In this document: positions 1-9,631 of the stretch, piece by piece
Layout: each line of letters opens with the position of its first letter
How positions within the stretch are numbered: the first letter of the stretch is position 1
Origin: Lachnospiraceae bacterium
GTDB lineage: Bacteria; Bacillota; Clostridia; Lachnospirales; Lachnospiraceae
Length of the DNA stretch: 64,000 nucleotides
Reading direction: 5' to 3'
Assembly: GCA_022764445.1 (NCBI GenBank)
Contig: JALERT010000107.1
Span: forward strand, 5,154 to 69,153
Notes under the pieces: generated by a model
What the model was told of the DNA's origin: nothing
What the model saw: the letters and a program-made list of their open reading frames with translations, nothing else
Database searches by the model: none
Program-made: the position numbers and the translations under genes

Positions 1-2168
1 TTCGTTACATATTTCTTAAACGCATCAAACTTAATAGGAGACATCTTATCAATATTGTCGGTGTGGCCTGAGCGTTCTCCTCCTTTTGTTTCAATAATCC
101 AAATATCACCATTCTTCATCTGTATGATATAATCCGGATAAAACAAACTTACTTGACCAAATCCAGTTCTATACGCTATAGAGAAATATTTATCACCCTT
201 GTCCCCATTCTTATAAAACCATTTGATACTATCACATTTATCACAATAGTATTCAAATTTCTGTTCAATCTTTGAACGAGTTTTCTCCGTAACCATAGTT
301 TCTTCGTATTTTTCATACACGTTCTTTGATAAATATTTTCCTTTTAAATCACTTCTAAGTGAATCTACTCTATAAACCTCAGATAATGGAATTCTAAATT
401 CACGCTCTTTATAGAACATTTCCATATCCCCCAAATCAAGTGATAATTGTTTGTATTTAAGATTTTCTTCCAAATTTCTGGCTTTTACTTCCCTAAATAC
501 TTCTTTTAATCTATCCCTATTATTGATTACAAACGCATACCATTCTCTATTGTCCAGGGCTAAAACATTATCCCCTCTTCTATACTGCTGCCTATGAAAC
601 AATGTTTTTACAATAGAACGAATTACACTATCACTAATAGAAATTATACCATGCAATTCATTTATGATATGCATCAGATCACGACCATTATCATGTGTGT
701 TTACTTCTCTTGTCGTCACTCCCTTTTTTGTTTCATCGGCTGAAAGAATATCAGAGACTTTTACAAATTTTCCTTTAAGATAAATTCGACTTATTTCTGT
801 TCCAAAAACCCATGAATCCGCTTCCATCTTCTTTTTATTTTCTTCTTTATCTTCCAATGGAAGTCTTGATCCTGCCTTTAAATTATATTTATCCACGAAA
901 TATCTTGAAAGTATTTCTCTTACTTCACGCTCTCCGAAATTGCTAGAAGACGAATCTCTTACTTCTCTTGTAAGAATAAGTTCTCTTCCCTCTTCTTTTA
1001 TCATAACCCTTCTAGTTTCAAACGCTGATGGATCTTTGAGTGCTTTTTCTTTCCACTCTTCATCAAAGGTATACATGTAACAATTATCAAGTAAATCATT
1101 TTCATAATGTCTGGCTTCTGGCATTCTTCTAATACGGCCAATAGTCTGAATTTCAAAGGAATCACTCATATTATCTCTGAGCTTAACTAAAATTTTTGCA
1201 CGTGGGCAATCCCATCCTGTTGAAAGAGCTTGTTTCCACAACAAAAAGACCGGCGTAGCGTTAGGTGCTTCAATATTATCAATATTTATTTTTTCTTCAG
1301 ATAACCATTTTGCGGCAAATCCATTTTCATATGAGTATCCTCTATTCTTTAAGTATGTTTCAACCTCTTCAATATAACGATTTGATGAATCAGGAAACTG
1401 AATAATTACAAGCGGTCTTATTTTTCTATTTATTTTTTCATATTCCGCCTGAATCTCATCTCTCTTTTTAATTGCCAAATCAAGTAGATATGAATACTCT
1501 GTACTCATATCTGTTTCAGCATCATCAGAAACACCATCATTAACGTACATTGCACTAGTAATTAATCCACTGGCAATTACTTCTGACTCTGGAATCTCAT
1601 ATTTTAATGCCGTATCATTTTGAATAGGAGTTGCAGATACTCTTATCACATTGCTAGCTGAAAAGTGCATCATAAATTCAGCCGAATTGCCAGTATTGCT
1701 TCTATGTTCTTCATCTACAATAAGAATAAAAGATATTCCCTTCTTGTGAGCTTCCGCAATTCGGTCAATTATATTTTTCATTTCACCAATTCGTGTTGCT
1801 TTGTTTCCTGCTCGGTTAACAGCCTCCCAGTTAATAAATGTAACATCTCCCTCATTAAAACCAGTAAGTAAGGCATCTCCTAATGTTTTAGAATTTCTAT
1901 CAGGTAAAAGGCTGTCCATCTTATCTTTTGATTGTTCTTCTAATTCACCGGCTCCTATTGATAACCAAACAAAAGATACCTTATCATGTGTGTAATCTAG
2001 GTACTGATCTATATAATTTAATAAAATAATAGTCTTCCCGCTTCCTGTAGGAGCCTTAACAATAAGAGTATTATTTTCATTCAATAAATTTAACGTATGA
2101 TCTAATAACCAACTGCTCGCATCTTTCTGAAAATCAAACAAATCTCCTCCGTTAGGAAATCTTATCAT
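1..2168 (-). CDS. res: Type III restriction enzyme Res subunit (SF2 helicase + C-terminal PD-(D/E)xK nuclease); 3' end lies beyond the window
   Basis: Absent from ORF track (no stop in window). Manual translation from the ATG overlapping the mod stop (ATGA): MIRFPNGGDLFDFQKDA..., Walker A APTGSGKT, DEEH, SATP, TGWDCPRA, QTIGRIRR, and YPDYII...IIETKG. Confidence 0.88.
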   Translation of the reverse strand, partial: MIRFPNGGDLFDFQKDASSWLLDHTLNLLNENNTLIVKAPTGSGKTIILLNYIDQYLDYTHDKVSFVWLSIGAGELEEQSKDKMDSLLPDRNSKTLGDALLTGFNEGDVTFINWEAVNRAGNKATRIGEMKNIIDRIAEAHKKGISFILIVDEEHRSNTGNSAEFMMHFSASNVIRVSATPIQNDTALKYEIPESEVIASGLITSAMYVNDGVSDDAETDMSTEYSYLLDLAIKKRDEIQAEYEKINRKIRPLVIIQFPDSSNRYIEEVETYLKNRGYSYENGFAAKWLSEEKINIDNIEAPNATPVFLLWKQALSTGWDCPRAKILVKLRDNMSDSFEIQTIGRIRRMPEARHYENDLLDNCYMYTFDEEWKEKALKDPSAFETRRVMIKEEGRELILTREVRDSSSSNFGEREVREILSRYFVDKYNLKAGSRLPLEDKEENKKKMEADSWVFGTEISRIYLKGKFVKVSDILSADETKKGVTTREVNTHDNGRDLMHIINELHGIISISDSVIRSIVKTLFHRQQYRRGDNVLALDNREWYAFVINNRDRLKEVFREVKARNLEENLKYKQLSLDLGDMEMFYKEREFRIPLSEVYRVDSLRSDLKGKYLSKNVYEKYEETMVTEKTRSKIEQKFEYYCDKCDSIKWFYKNGDKGDKYFSIAYRTGFGQVSLFYPDYIIQMKNGDIWIIETKGGERSGHTDNIDKMSPIKFDAFKKYVT

Positions 2169-3961
2169 AATTCACCAGCCTCCTTTAATTCGTTTGCAAA
2201 ATAGTAATCTGGTATTCTAACAATCTTAATATTTTTTTGTTCTGCATAGTACTCGTGTTCACCTCTAAGTAAAACATAATTCGGTACAAAAATCGTAAGA
2301 TTACTCATTGAATCATCAGTGAACAAATCATCCAATTCTTCTTCATCAAAAACCAGGCGAATATCCGAACTTGTTTTTATATCTAACCCAAAATCAAGTT
2401 CAACCATTTCAGCGATATGTTCTAGTAATTCTTCTGATAACTCTGATTCTCCCTCAGGCTGTCGAGGAATATAGTCTGTTCTAAAGTACTTTAGGTTTGC
2501 TCCATAATTCTGAGATTCAACCTGAAGTCTTTTATATGCTGTATTCTCAGCAATTCCATCCTGATTGTTCGTGCAAAGAATATACTGAATATTCTTGTTT
2601 TCCTCCTCATTTATCTCTAACACTGCATGTCCTGTTGTTGCAGAACCAGCAAAGAAATCTAATACAATTTGTGGATTAGGATGTAAATTTTGAATCAGGT
2701 ATTTTACTTCTGACACCGGCTTAGGATATTCAAATGATATTCCTATTTTACTCATATAACTATCTGCACTATCTGCGTTATTATAAATTGATGGAGTGTT
2801 CTCAGTCATATTTTCATCTAAGAAATATTTTCTTTCTGGTTGCTTTGTCTCATCAGGTCCAAAAATAATACGGCCCTCTCTCATCAATTTTTCCATTGTT
2901 CTTGGAGGGTTTCGCCAACCTCTAGCTGGGACAGGGCACTCTTTCCCTGTAACTGGATGAATTAGCGGAATAAAATAATCATCTGGAGCCTTCTTTTTAT
3001 TCGGCCATGCCATAGAAACTCCACGATACACTCTGCCATTATCATCTATATATTTATATGCTTTCTCACCAGATGAAAAATCCTGAGTTTTAAGCCAATT
3101 TGCAAATTCTCTATTCACCATTTCAAGATCGTATTCAACCTTCATCTGTTCCAAAATCTCACTTGGGTAGTCATACACCTTTGCTAATGCCTTCACTTCT
3201 GCTGGCAATATTTTCTTTCCAATTTGAGAGTATAATTGTTTTGCTTTTGCTAACATTGCTTTCGCATTCGGTTTCTTTCGACTTGCAAATCCATCCATTT
3301 CTTTAATCTTTTCATAATTGTTTGCAAATACAATTATATATTCGTGCATTGTAGAAACCTTGTGAGCATCGCCTTTTGGATTCTGTTTATTCCATATTAT
3401 CGTTCCTAAATTATTTTGTGCTCCAAAAATATCCTCCATAAGCATTAGCAGAGGAGCAACCTCATGCTCATCTATATTTATTGTTATTATGCCTGTCTCT
3501 GATAATAGCTTTTTTGCCTGAACAAGTCTTTTACTCATAAATGAAAGCCATTTTGAATGCCTAAATCCATCTTCTGCATCTACAATAGCATCGTCATATC
3601 TAAAATCATCCTTTCCTCTATTGTAAGGCGGATCTATTACGATAAGATCTATTTTCCCTTTATGTGTCTTTTCAAGCAAATATAAACTATGTAAGTTATC
3701 TCCTTCTAGCAAAAAATTCATTGGTTTTTCCGAATCATTTATTATTTTTTTTGATTCATCCTCTGTAAATACCGGAACTTTTTGAGCTATTTGTACATCC
3801 ACAAACTCTTCATGTTCCTCCCATACTAAACCATATCTTTTTGCATTAATGAAATTTTCAACTTCGTTTATTGCCTTAAGTCCATCATCATCTGTTTTAT
3901 CTTTAATTGTTTCTAAAAAGCTAAGCATCCTTTGTCTGCTTAATTCTGAAAGATTAGTCAC
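2165..3961 (-). CDS. mod: Type III R-M Mod subunit, beta-class amino (probably N6-adenine) DNA methyltransferase
   Basis: LLEGDNL, DPPYN, HSKWLSFM, YPKP, VLDFFAGSATTG; stop overlaps res start. GTG at 3961 follows GGAGG (track start 3976). Confidence 0.9.
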   Translation of the reverse strand: MTNLSELSRQRMLSFLETIKDKTDDDGLKAINEVENFINAKRYGLVWEEHEEFVDVQIAQKVPVFTEDESKKIINDSEKPMNFLLEGDNLHSLYLLEKTHKGKIDLIVIDPPYNRGKDDFRYDDAIVDAEDGFRHSKWLSFMSKRLVQAKKLLSETGIITINIDEHEVAPLLMLMEDIFGAQNNLGTIIWNKQNPKGDAHKVSTMHEYIIVFANNYEKIKEMDGFASRKKPNAKAMLAKAKQLYSQIGKKILPAEVKALAKVYDYPSEILEQMKVEYDLEMVNREFANWLKTQDFSSGEKAYKYIDDNGRVYRGVSMAWPNKKKAPDDYFIPLIHPVTGKECPVPARGWRNPPRTMEKLMREGRIIFGPDETKQPERKYFLDENMTENTPSIYNNADSADSYMSKIGISFEYPKPVSEVKYLIQNLHPNPQIVLDFFAGSATTGHAVLEINEEENKNIQYILCTNNQDGIAENTAYKRLQVESQNYGANLKYFRTDYIPRQPEGESELSEELLEHIAEMVELDFGLDIKTSSDIRLVFDEEELDDLFTDDSMSNLTIFVPNYVLLRGEHEYYAEQKNIKIVRIPDYYFANELKEAGEL

Positions 3962-3982
3962 ACTTATTCCTCCCATTCTTTA

Positions 3983-4750
3983 CTAATTCAGCAATTGGTC
4001 CAGTTTATAATAACCGCGAAAACAATACTGTACCTGATGACTTGAAATCATATTTGGGGGAATGATAAAATCAAATACTTTAATTTGCGATGTGTCTTCT
4101 ACTCTCATTCCCATTTGACCAGCTCTCATCAAATTGTAATACAACGTAAAAGGTATTTTTTTTCCGGAACCAACTATTGCATTTATTAATAATGCAAAAT
4201 TAGGATAATCATTGGTATATGGTGTCCATGTATTTAAAGGAATTTTTGATCTCTTCAATTCAATGATTTCCTGCACTTGACCGTTGTTATACTTTATCAA
4301 GTCAAAATCAGATACGGTAATTCTTCCAAGATTATTTCGCTGCCAATCATGGTAAGGACTCGAAGTATATTGATTAACACGTTTTCTGGCTGTTCCTGGC
4401 TGTACAACACCATATCTCTCATAGATATCTCTAAGTTGATCATATGTAACAGTTTGCCACTGTCCAACGCTTTCTTCCCAAATCCCCACCAAGTCATTAT
4501 TTACCATAAAACGTACGAATATAAAAGGTAATTTTAGATATCTTGCGATAGAAAATGCCTTATTTGCCTCTTTTATTTCGTTATCCGTACAATTGCTATT
4601 TATATCTGTCACTTTACTAGCAAAAACCATTATTTTGGGTATACTAGCTGCATTTCCATAAACAAGCATCCAATTATGCTCAGCGGAAAAATAATAGTCT
4701 AAATCCTCATTATAAACATAATCATATATAGCATTTCCTGTATATTCCAT
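3983..4750 (-). CDS. Uncharacterised 255-aa protein with a putative PD-(D/E)xK nuclease motif
   Basis: Motif SDFDL...IIELKRS in the C-terminal half; RBS GGAGGA; tightly packed between the helicase and mod. Confidence 0.6.
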   Translation of the reverse strand: MEYTGNAIYDYVYNEDLDYYFSAEHNWMLVYGNAASIPKIMVFASKVTDINSNCTDNEIKEANKAFSIARYLKLPFIFVRFMVNNDLVGIWEESVGQWQTVTYDQLRDIYERYGVVQPGTARKRVNQYTSSPYHDWQRNNLGRITVSDFDLIKYNNGQVQEIIELKRSKIPLNTWTPYTNDYPNFALLINAIVGSGKKIPFTLYYNLMRAGQMGMRVEDTSQIKVFDFIIPPNMISSHQVQYCFRGYYKLDQLLN

Positions 4751-4762
4751 TTACAATTCCTC

Positions 4763-7621
4763 CTATTTTTTGGGGTTAGATTTTCCACAATAATATCTCA
4801 TATCACAATCCTTACAAATAGAGGTATCTTTTGTTCTTGTAGAATAATCATGGTTTTCAATTTTATGAACTACTCCAGAAAACTCATCCATCATATCAGC
4901 TATTCTCTTTTCATCTTTCTTAAATGCAATTACAGGATCCTCTGTAGCACTCAAATAATACAGTTTCATTTGTGAAACTTCTAAACCGTATTTTTGTTCT
5001 ACTAAATGAGCATATACCTGTAGTTGCTTTTCATAACTTTGAAGCATTGAATCTGTCATCTTTTGAGGCTTATCACCTGTTTTGAAATCAACAATTTCTA
5101 CAGTATCTCCCTGCCCTTTTAACATATCAACCTGTCCATTTAGAATATAGTCATCATTAGGATAACTTAATCTAACCTCAGCTTCCCGAATATTCTCCCA
5201 CATGTCTCTTGAATTATTAAAATAATTATAAACATATCTCATGGCAGCAGCCTTAGAAGAAGGAGCCAAATAACTATGTTCTGTTAATACAAGCCCCTGA
5301 TAATTTTGTTCAAACCATCCTTCTAAGTTGTCTAATACTGTTTCAGCCTCATCACGTAAAATAGCATCATGAATATCCTCAATTGTTTCATGTACTAAGG
5401 ATCCAAATAAAGTTGATCCAACTCTAATTTCGCTAAATCCTAATTCTCTAAACATCTTATATTCAAGAGAACATCTCTCATACTTTGAAATATCTGTAGT
5501 AAATGCATAAGACTGTTTCAATTTTGATTTCTTAACATCCCTAAAACAGAATTCATCGAAATCCATATTTGTGTCATATGGTATAATTGAATCCCATAAT
5601 GAGCAAAAATACCTGCTTGGAGACTGACTTCTTCCACTTGATACTATCGGTGTTGTCAGTACCAATAGGCTTTCAGCTCTTGAAAATGCTACATAGTATC
5701 TTCTCCAAAAATCATAGAATTTTATATCTTCTTCTGGTTCAAAATTGTTTCTGTCAGAGAATGTATCATATACAGCATTCAATATTGATTCATTTTCTTT
5801 TCTTGGTGTATCATAAAGTGAATCTACAATAACAATAGGGAACTCCATTCCTTTTGATTGATGAACAGTCATAAATGATACACACCCACTTGGCGCATAC
5901 TCACTCTCATCCTGATACTCTTCCATTCCACCTTTCATCAGAAATCTAAAGTAAGTTCTAAATAATTTTTGCAAAATACGAATTTTCTTTTCACTTGAAA
6001 TAACTTCTACTCTTTCAATTGATTCAAATTTAGAAAGAATATTGGTCATAATTGCAAGATTACGTATCGCTCTCTGATCTGCAACTCCCGATGCTAAATC
6101 CGTATCAATAATTTTTTTAAAATAATCAAATGTGAACATTTGATAAAGCAATCTCGTGAAGGCATAATCGGTGTTACCTTTTAGGTCATCTAACTCTTTC
6201 ATTCTGTATGAAACCCACTCTTCAAGAGCTGAATCTTCATCCATCAGTTCATAGGCAACATCTAAACACTCATTATAATAATTAACCATGTCTTCAAACC
6301 AAGGACTGTCGTCTTCAAGAAGTTCTTCTTCAAAATCACTAAACAAATGAAGAATTATTCCAATACAGGCTTTTATCTCCTCTCTATCAAAAAACATTTT
6401 TGAACGAGGAGAATATACCGGAACACCATGTTCTTCTAAATAGTTAGCTAGGTGCTTTGCTTTATCATTTGTTACAGATCTAAACAAAAAAGCAACCTGA
6501 TTATAATTATCTATGTATCCATTTTCGCGCATATTGGTTAAGAAACCATATATGTTTTTACACCAATCCTCAACCGAGTCACCAGAAATACTTAAAACTG
6601 GTGGAGTACCTGTTTTTCTAATCTTGCCCTCACTTGGCACAATTTTCTTTTCAATTCTATATCCATTCCAAGAAAAAAAATCCTCAGAATAATCAGTCAT
6701 CCATTTATTATATAACTCAATGATTTCTGGCTCAGATCGATAATTTGTGGTCAACTTAACTTCTTTACATTTTCCTTCTTCAAACTTCTCTTGAAATCCC
6801 AAGATATTTTTTATCGTTGCCCCTCTAAACCTATACATAGATTGATCATCATCACCAACTACACATATATTTAGAGTTTTAGATAATAAGAAAATGATTT
6901 TTTCTTGAATAGAGTTTGTATCCTGATACTCGTCTATCATCATATACTTAAAAAGTTCTTGATATTTTTGAAGTATATTTTCATTATCACAAAGTAATTT
7001 ATATGCAGTTGCCTGTATTGTTGCAAAATCTAATCGATTTGTTCTTTCCAGAAGCTGATCATATAGCTGTTTAGCTTCTCCCAATGCCACAAATTGCGGA
7101 TTCTTAGAGCAAAGTAATTCATGAACATCGATTTGTTCTTCTGCCAATCCATTTAACCAATCCGCCAAAATTGAGGCTTTATCCCAAATACCTCTATTTC
7201 CAAAATCTAAGTAACTGAAATTAGGCAACTTTGAAAAGTCGTATGTCAATTTCTGATACAAAAAATACTTCTGATCAAAGTCATCCATAAGAGTAAAGTT
7301 CTTTTTTAATCCCGGAACAAAGGCAATATTATCTCTTACTATCCTTAAACAAATAGAATGGAAAGTTCCTATATAAACATCATTTAAATCAAAATCTGGA
7401 ATGACGGCTGAAATACGAGTTACTATTTCCTTAGCTGCTTTTTCTGTAAATGTTGCCATTAAAATATTTTCTGGATTTATTCCATAATTATTGACCATAT
7501 TTGCATAACGATTAACAAGAGTTGCAGTCTTTCCGGTTCCAGGTCCTGCCGAAATCAACAATGGTCCATCAATTGAATTGATAGCTTCAAGTTGTGATGC
7601 ATTTGGTGTAATATTTCCCAT
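4763..7621 (-). CDS. UvrD/PcrA-family SF1 helicase fused to a RecB/AddB/Cas4-like PD-(D/E)xK nuclease with a 4-Cys Fe-S staple
   Basis: AGPGTGKT, DEYQD, VGDDDQSMYRFRGA, TNYRS, MTVHQSKGMEF, YVAFSRA; nuclease part ERC...GQVD...DFKTG...QLQVY...CKDCDMRYYC. Start set at MGNITPN (7621) after a purine-rich RBS. Confidence 0.88.
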   Translation of the reverse strand: MGNITPNASQLEAINSIDGPLLISAGPGTGKTATLVNRYANMVNNYGINPENILMATFTEKAAKEIVTRISAVIPDFDLNDVYIGTFHSICLRIVRDNIAFVPGLKKNFTLMDDFDQKYFLYQKLTYDFSKLPNFSYLDFGNRGIWDKASILADWLNGLAEEQIDVHELLCSKNPQFVALGEAKQLYDQLLERTNRLDFATIQATAYKLLCDNENILQKYQELFKYMMIDEYQDTNSIQEKIIFLLSKTLNICVVGDDDQSMYRFRGATIKNILGFQEKFEEGKCKEVKLTTNYRSEPEIIELYNKWMTDYSEDFFSWNGYRIEKKIVPSEGKIRKTGTPPVLSISGDSVEDWCKNIYGFLTNMRENGYIDNYNQVAFLFRSVTNDKAKHLANYLEEHGVPVYSPRSKMFFDREEIKACIGIILHLFSDFEEELLEDDSPWFEDMVNYYNECLDVAYELMDEDSALEEWVSYRMKELDDLKGNTDYAFTRLLYQMFTFDYFKKIIDTDLASGVADQRAIRNLAIMTNILSKFESIERVEVISSEKKIRILQKLFRTYFRFLMKGGMEEYQDESEYAPSGCVSFMTVHQSKGMEFPIVIVDSLYDTPRKENESILNAVYDTFSDRNNFEPEEDIKFYDFWRRYYVAFSRAESLLVLTTPIVSSGRSQSPSRYFCSLWDSIIPYDTNMDFDEFCFRDVKKSKLKQSYAFTTDISKYERCSLEYKMFRELGFSEIRVGSTLFGSLVHETIEDIHDAILRDEAETVLDNLEGWFEQNYQGLVLTEHSYLAPSSKAAAMRYVYNYFNNSRDMWENIREAEVRLSYPNDDYILNGQVDMLKGQGDTVEIVDFKTGDKPQKMTDSMLQSYEKQLQVYAHLVEQKYGLEVSQMKLYYLSATEDPVIAFKKDEKRIADMMDEFSGVVHKIENHDYSTRTKDTSICKDCDMRYYCGKSNPKK

Positions 7622-7662
7622 AAAGATCCCCCTTCCTCGTACAATACGTATAAGATCCCATA

Positions 7663-7848
7663 TCAAGACTTTATATATTTTCCGGACTTAATTCTTCTGT
7701 CAATTGGTTTCTCAGCATTCTTCGGGATAGCCCATGCATTTCCAAACTTCAATACTCCAGGAATGAGCCCCTCATTACATATCGTTTGAAGCCTCCGCTC
7801 TGATAAGTTCCATTTTTGAGATGCTTCCTTGACTGTCATGTATTCCAT
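7663..7848 (-). CDS. Small MerR/excisionase-type helix-turn-helix protein (61 aa)
   Basis: MEYMTVKEASQKWNLSERRLQTICNEGLIPG...W.IP; RBS GAGGTG before the ATG at 7848. Confidence 0.8.
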   Translation of the reverse strand: MEYMTVKEASQKWNLSERRLQTICNEGLIPGVLKFGNAWAIPKNAEKPIDRRIKSGKYIKS

Positions 7849-7890
7849 ATCTTTCACCTCTACAAAATACAACAATAAACCACTATGTAT

Positions 7891-7919
7891 ATTATAAGCG
7901 GAAAGACGCCGAAAATCAA
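7891..7919 (-). promoter_or_regulatory. sigma-A promoter for the island operon
   Basis: Minus strand TTGATT-N17-TATAAT upstream of the HTH gene. Confidence 0.6.
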
Positions 7920-8100
7920 TTAAAAACAAGGGTGCAACTATTCGCGGACAGCAAGTTTCCATCGGTACTATTCCGGCGTACAACTTTTGCTGCTCTGTTT
8001 TTTTTTGCACCCCTCTTAAATTACTTTATTCTATATACATTTTTTCCTGTTAAAAACACAGGTACATATTTTCTAAAAAAGCCCGCTAACCCGCATAAAA

Positions 8101-9624
8101 TCAAGGTTTCTTGCTAAGCAAGCATACCGTCTCCACATGAAAACTATGCCCAAACATATCGCAAGCCCTTACTCTCTCAAGCTTATATCCATTCTCCGCC
8201 AGGTACTTAAGATCCCTTGCAAGTGTTGCCGGGTCACAGCTTACATAAACTATCTTTTCCGGCTGCATCTTGATAACTGTCTGGAGAAGCTTCTCATCGC
8301 AGCCTTTTCTTGGAGGATCTATCGTAACCACGTCTGCTTTTAATTTACCATTACTTTCTGCGTACTTCTCTGGTACAACGTCTTCTGCTGCCCCGGCGAA
8401 AAACTCCGTATTGGTCATGCCATTAAGCTTTGCATTTACCTTTGCATCTTCTATAGCCTGCGGTACTATCTCAACGCCGCAGACCTTTGCTGCTTTCTGT
8501 GCAAGAAATAAAGATATCGTCCCTATGCCACAGTAAAGATCCCAGACGACTTCACCGCCCTTAAGATCAGCATATTCAAGAGCTGTCTCATACAATTTCT
8601 TTGTCTGAACAGGATTAACCTGATAAAATGAAAGTGGCGATATTCTGTATCTTATATCACCGATATAATCCTCAATATAAGGATTTCCGTAAATCGTCTT
8701 AATCTTTTCACCAAGTATCACATTTGTATTTTTCGTATTGATATTCAGACTGACACTTTTTATCTGAAATGGTTTCTGTATCAACATTTCACCTTTTTTA
8801 TCAACATTTTTATCATGGGTACTGTTTGCATCGTGGGTAGTAGATACATTGTACGGAGTGCATACATCATTGAGAATGCATACATCATCAAAATTGCATG
8901 AAAGGAGCTTCTCAATCAACTTCTCTTTATGAGGAATGTTTTTTCCATTGATTACAAGACATACCATTATCTCACCTGTTACCATACCGATGCGTGTAAG
9001 TATATGTCTTACAAGACCGCTACCGTCTTTTTCGTTGTACGCAGGTACATTATTCTCATTCATATATTCAAGGACAGCTTTTAGAATGACACTATTGACC
9101 GGATGCTGTATGGCGCAGTCGATAGACGGAATTATGCTATGCGTACGACCGGCGTAGAATCCAGTCACAAGATTTCCCTCTTTATCATAGCCGACTGGAA
9201 ACTGTGCTTTATTTCTATAATGGTATGGTTTGTCCATCCCCATAATCGGCTCCATTATATCTTTTACATCAAAGCCGCCTATTCTTTCAAGGCAGTCAGC
9301 CACCTTTTGCTGCTTCCATGCAAGCTGCTTTTCATAACTGCAGTGCTGAAGCTGGCAGCCGCCACACTGACGTGCAACATTACAAACAGGTTCGACACGC
9401 CACTTAGAAGGTTTTACTATTTCCATAAGTCTGGCATAACCGAACCTTTTTTTGGTCTTTATTACTTTTACCTTAACTCTGTCTCCAATAACCGCATCTT
9501 TAACAAAGAGCGTATAGCCATCTATACGCCCTATTCCTTCCCCTTCGGTTCCCATATCAATTATATCTATAATCAGTTCATCATTCTTCTCACATACTCT
9601 CTCTTCCGACATATAAATCTCCAT
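8101..9624 (-). CDS. rlmD: 23S rRNA m5U1939 methyltransferase
   Basis: TRAM domain, C-x5-CGGC Fe-S motif, YRNK, SFYQVN, DLYCGIG, DPPRKG, YVSC, HVET. Confidence 0.95.
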   Translation of the reverse strand: MEIYMSEERVCEKNDELIIDIIDMGTEGEGIGRIDGYTLFVKDAVIGDRVKVKVIKTKKRFGYARLMEIVKPSKWRVEPVCNVARQCGGCQLQHCSYEKQLAWKQQKVADCLERIGGFDVKDIMEPIMGMDKPYHYRNKAQFPVGYDKEGNLVTGFYAGRTHSIIPSIDCAIQHPVNSVILKAVLEYMNENNVPAYNEKDGSGLVRHILTRIGMVTGEIMVCLVINGKNIPHKEKLIEKLLSCNFDDVCILNDVCTPYNVSTTHDANSTHDKNVDKKGEMLIQKPFQIKSVSLNINTKNTNVILGEKIKTIYGNPYIEDYIGDIRYRISPLSFYQVNPVQTKKLYETALEYADLKGGEVVWDLYCGIGTISLFLAQKAAKVCGVEIVPQAIEDAKVNAKLNGMTNTEFFAGAAEDVVPEKYAESNGKLKADVVTIDPPRKGCDEKLLQTVIKMQPEKIVYVSCDPATLARDLKYLAENGYKLERVRACDMFGHSFHVETVCLLSKKP

Positions 9625-9631
9625 TCAGGTT

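Larger units (their letters stand above)
1..8100. mobile_element. Genomic/defence island adjacent to the rlmD 3' end; left boundary outside the window
   Basis: Defence-type cargo, visibly more AT-rich than neighbours, begins right after the rlmD terminus (HVETVCLLS), a known Firmicute integration hotspot. No integrase in the window. Confidence 0.6.

Noticed and set aside
2165..3976. Phase-variable mod (phasevarion)
   Set aside because: No simple-sequence repeat tract; the longest run seen is A8, unremarkable in AT-rich DNA.
3983..7621. Gabija, or Cas4/CRISPR adaptation module
   Set aside because: No OLD/TOPRIM ATPase partner, no cas1/cas2, no array; the Cas4-like domain is fused to UvrD.
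7849..8010. N-terminal extension of the 115-aa track ORF
   Set aside because: A strong RBS precedes the ATG at 7848 and a promoter lies inside the extension; the 61-aa HTH is the likely gene.
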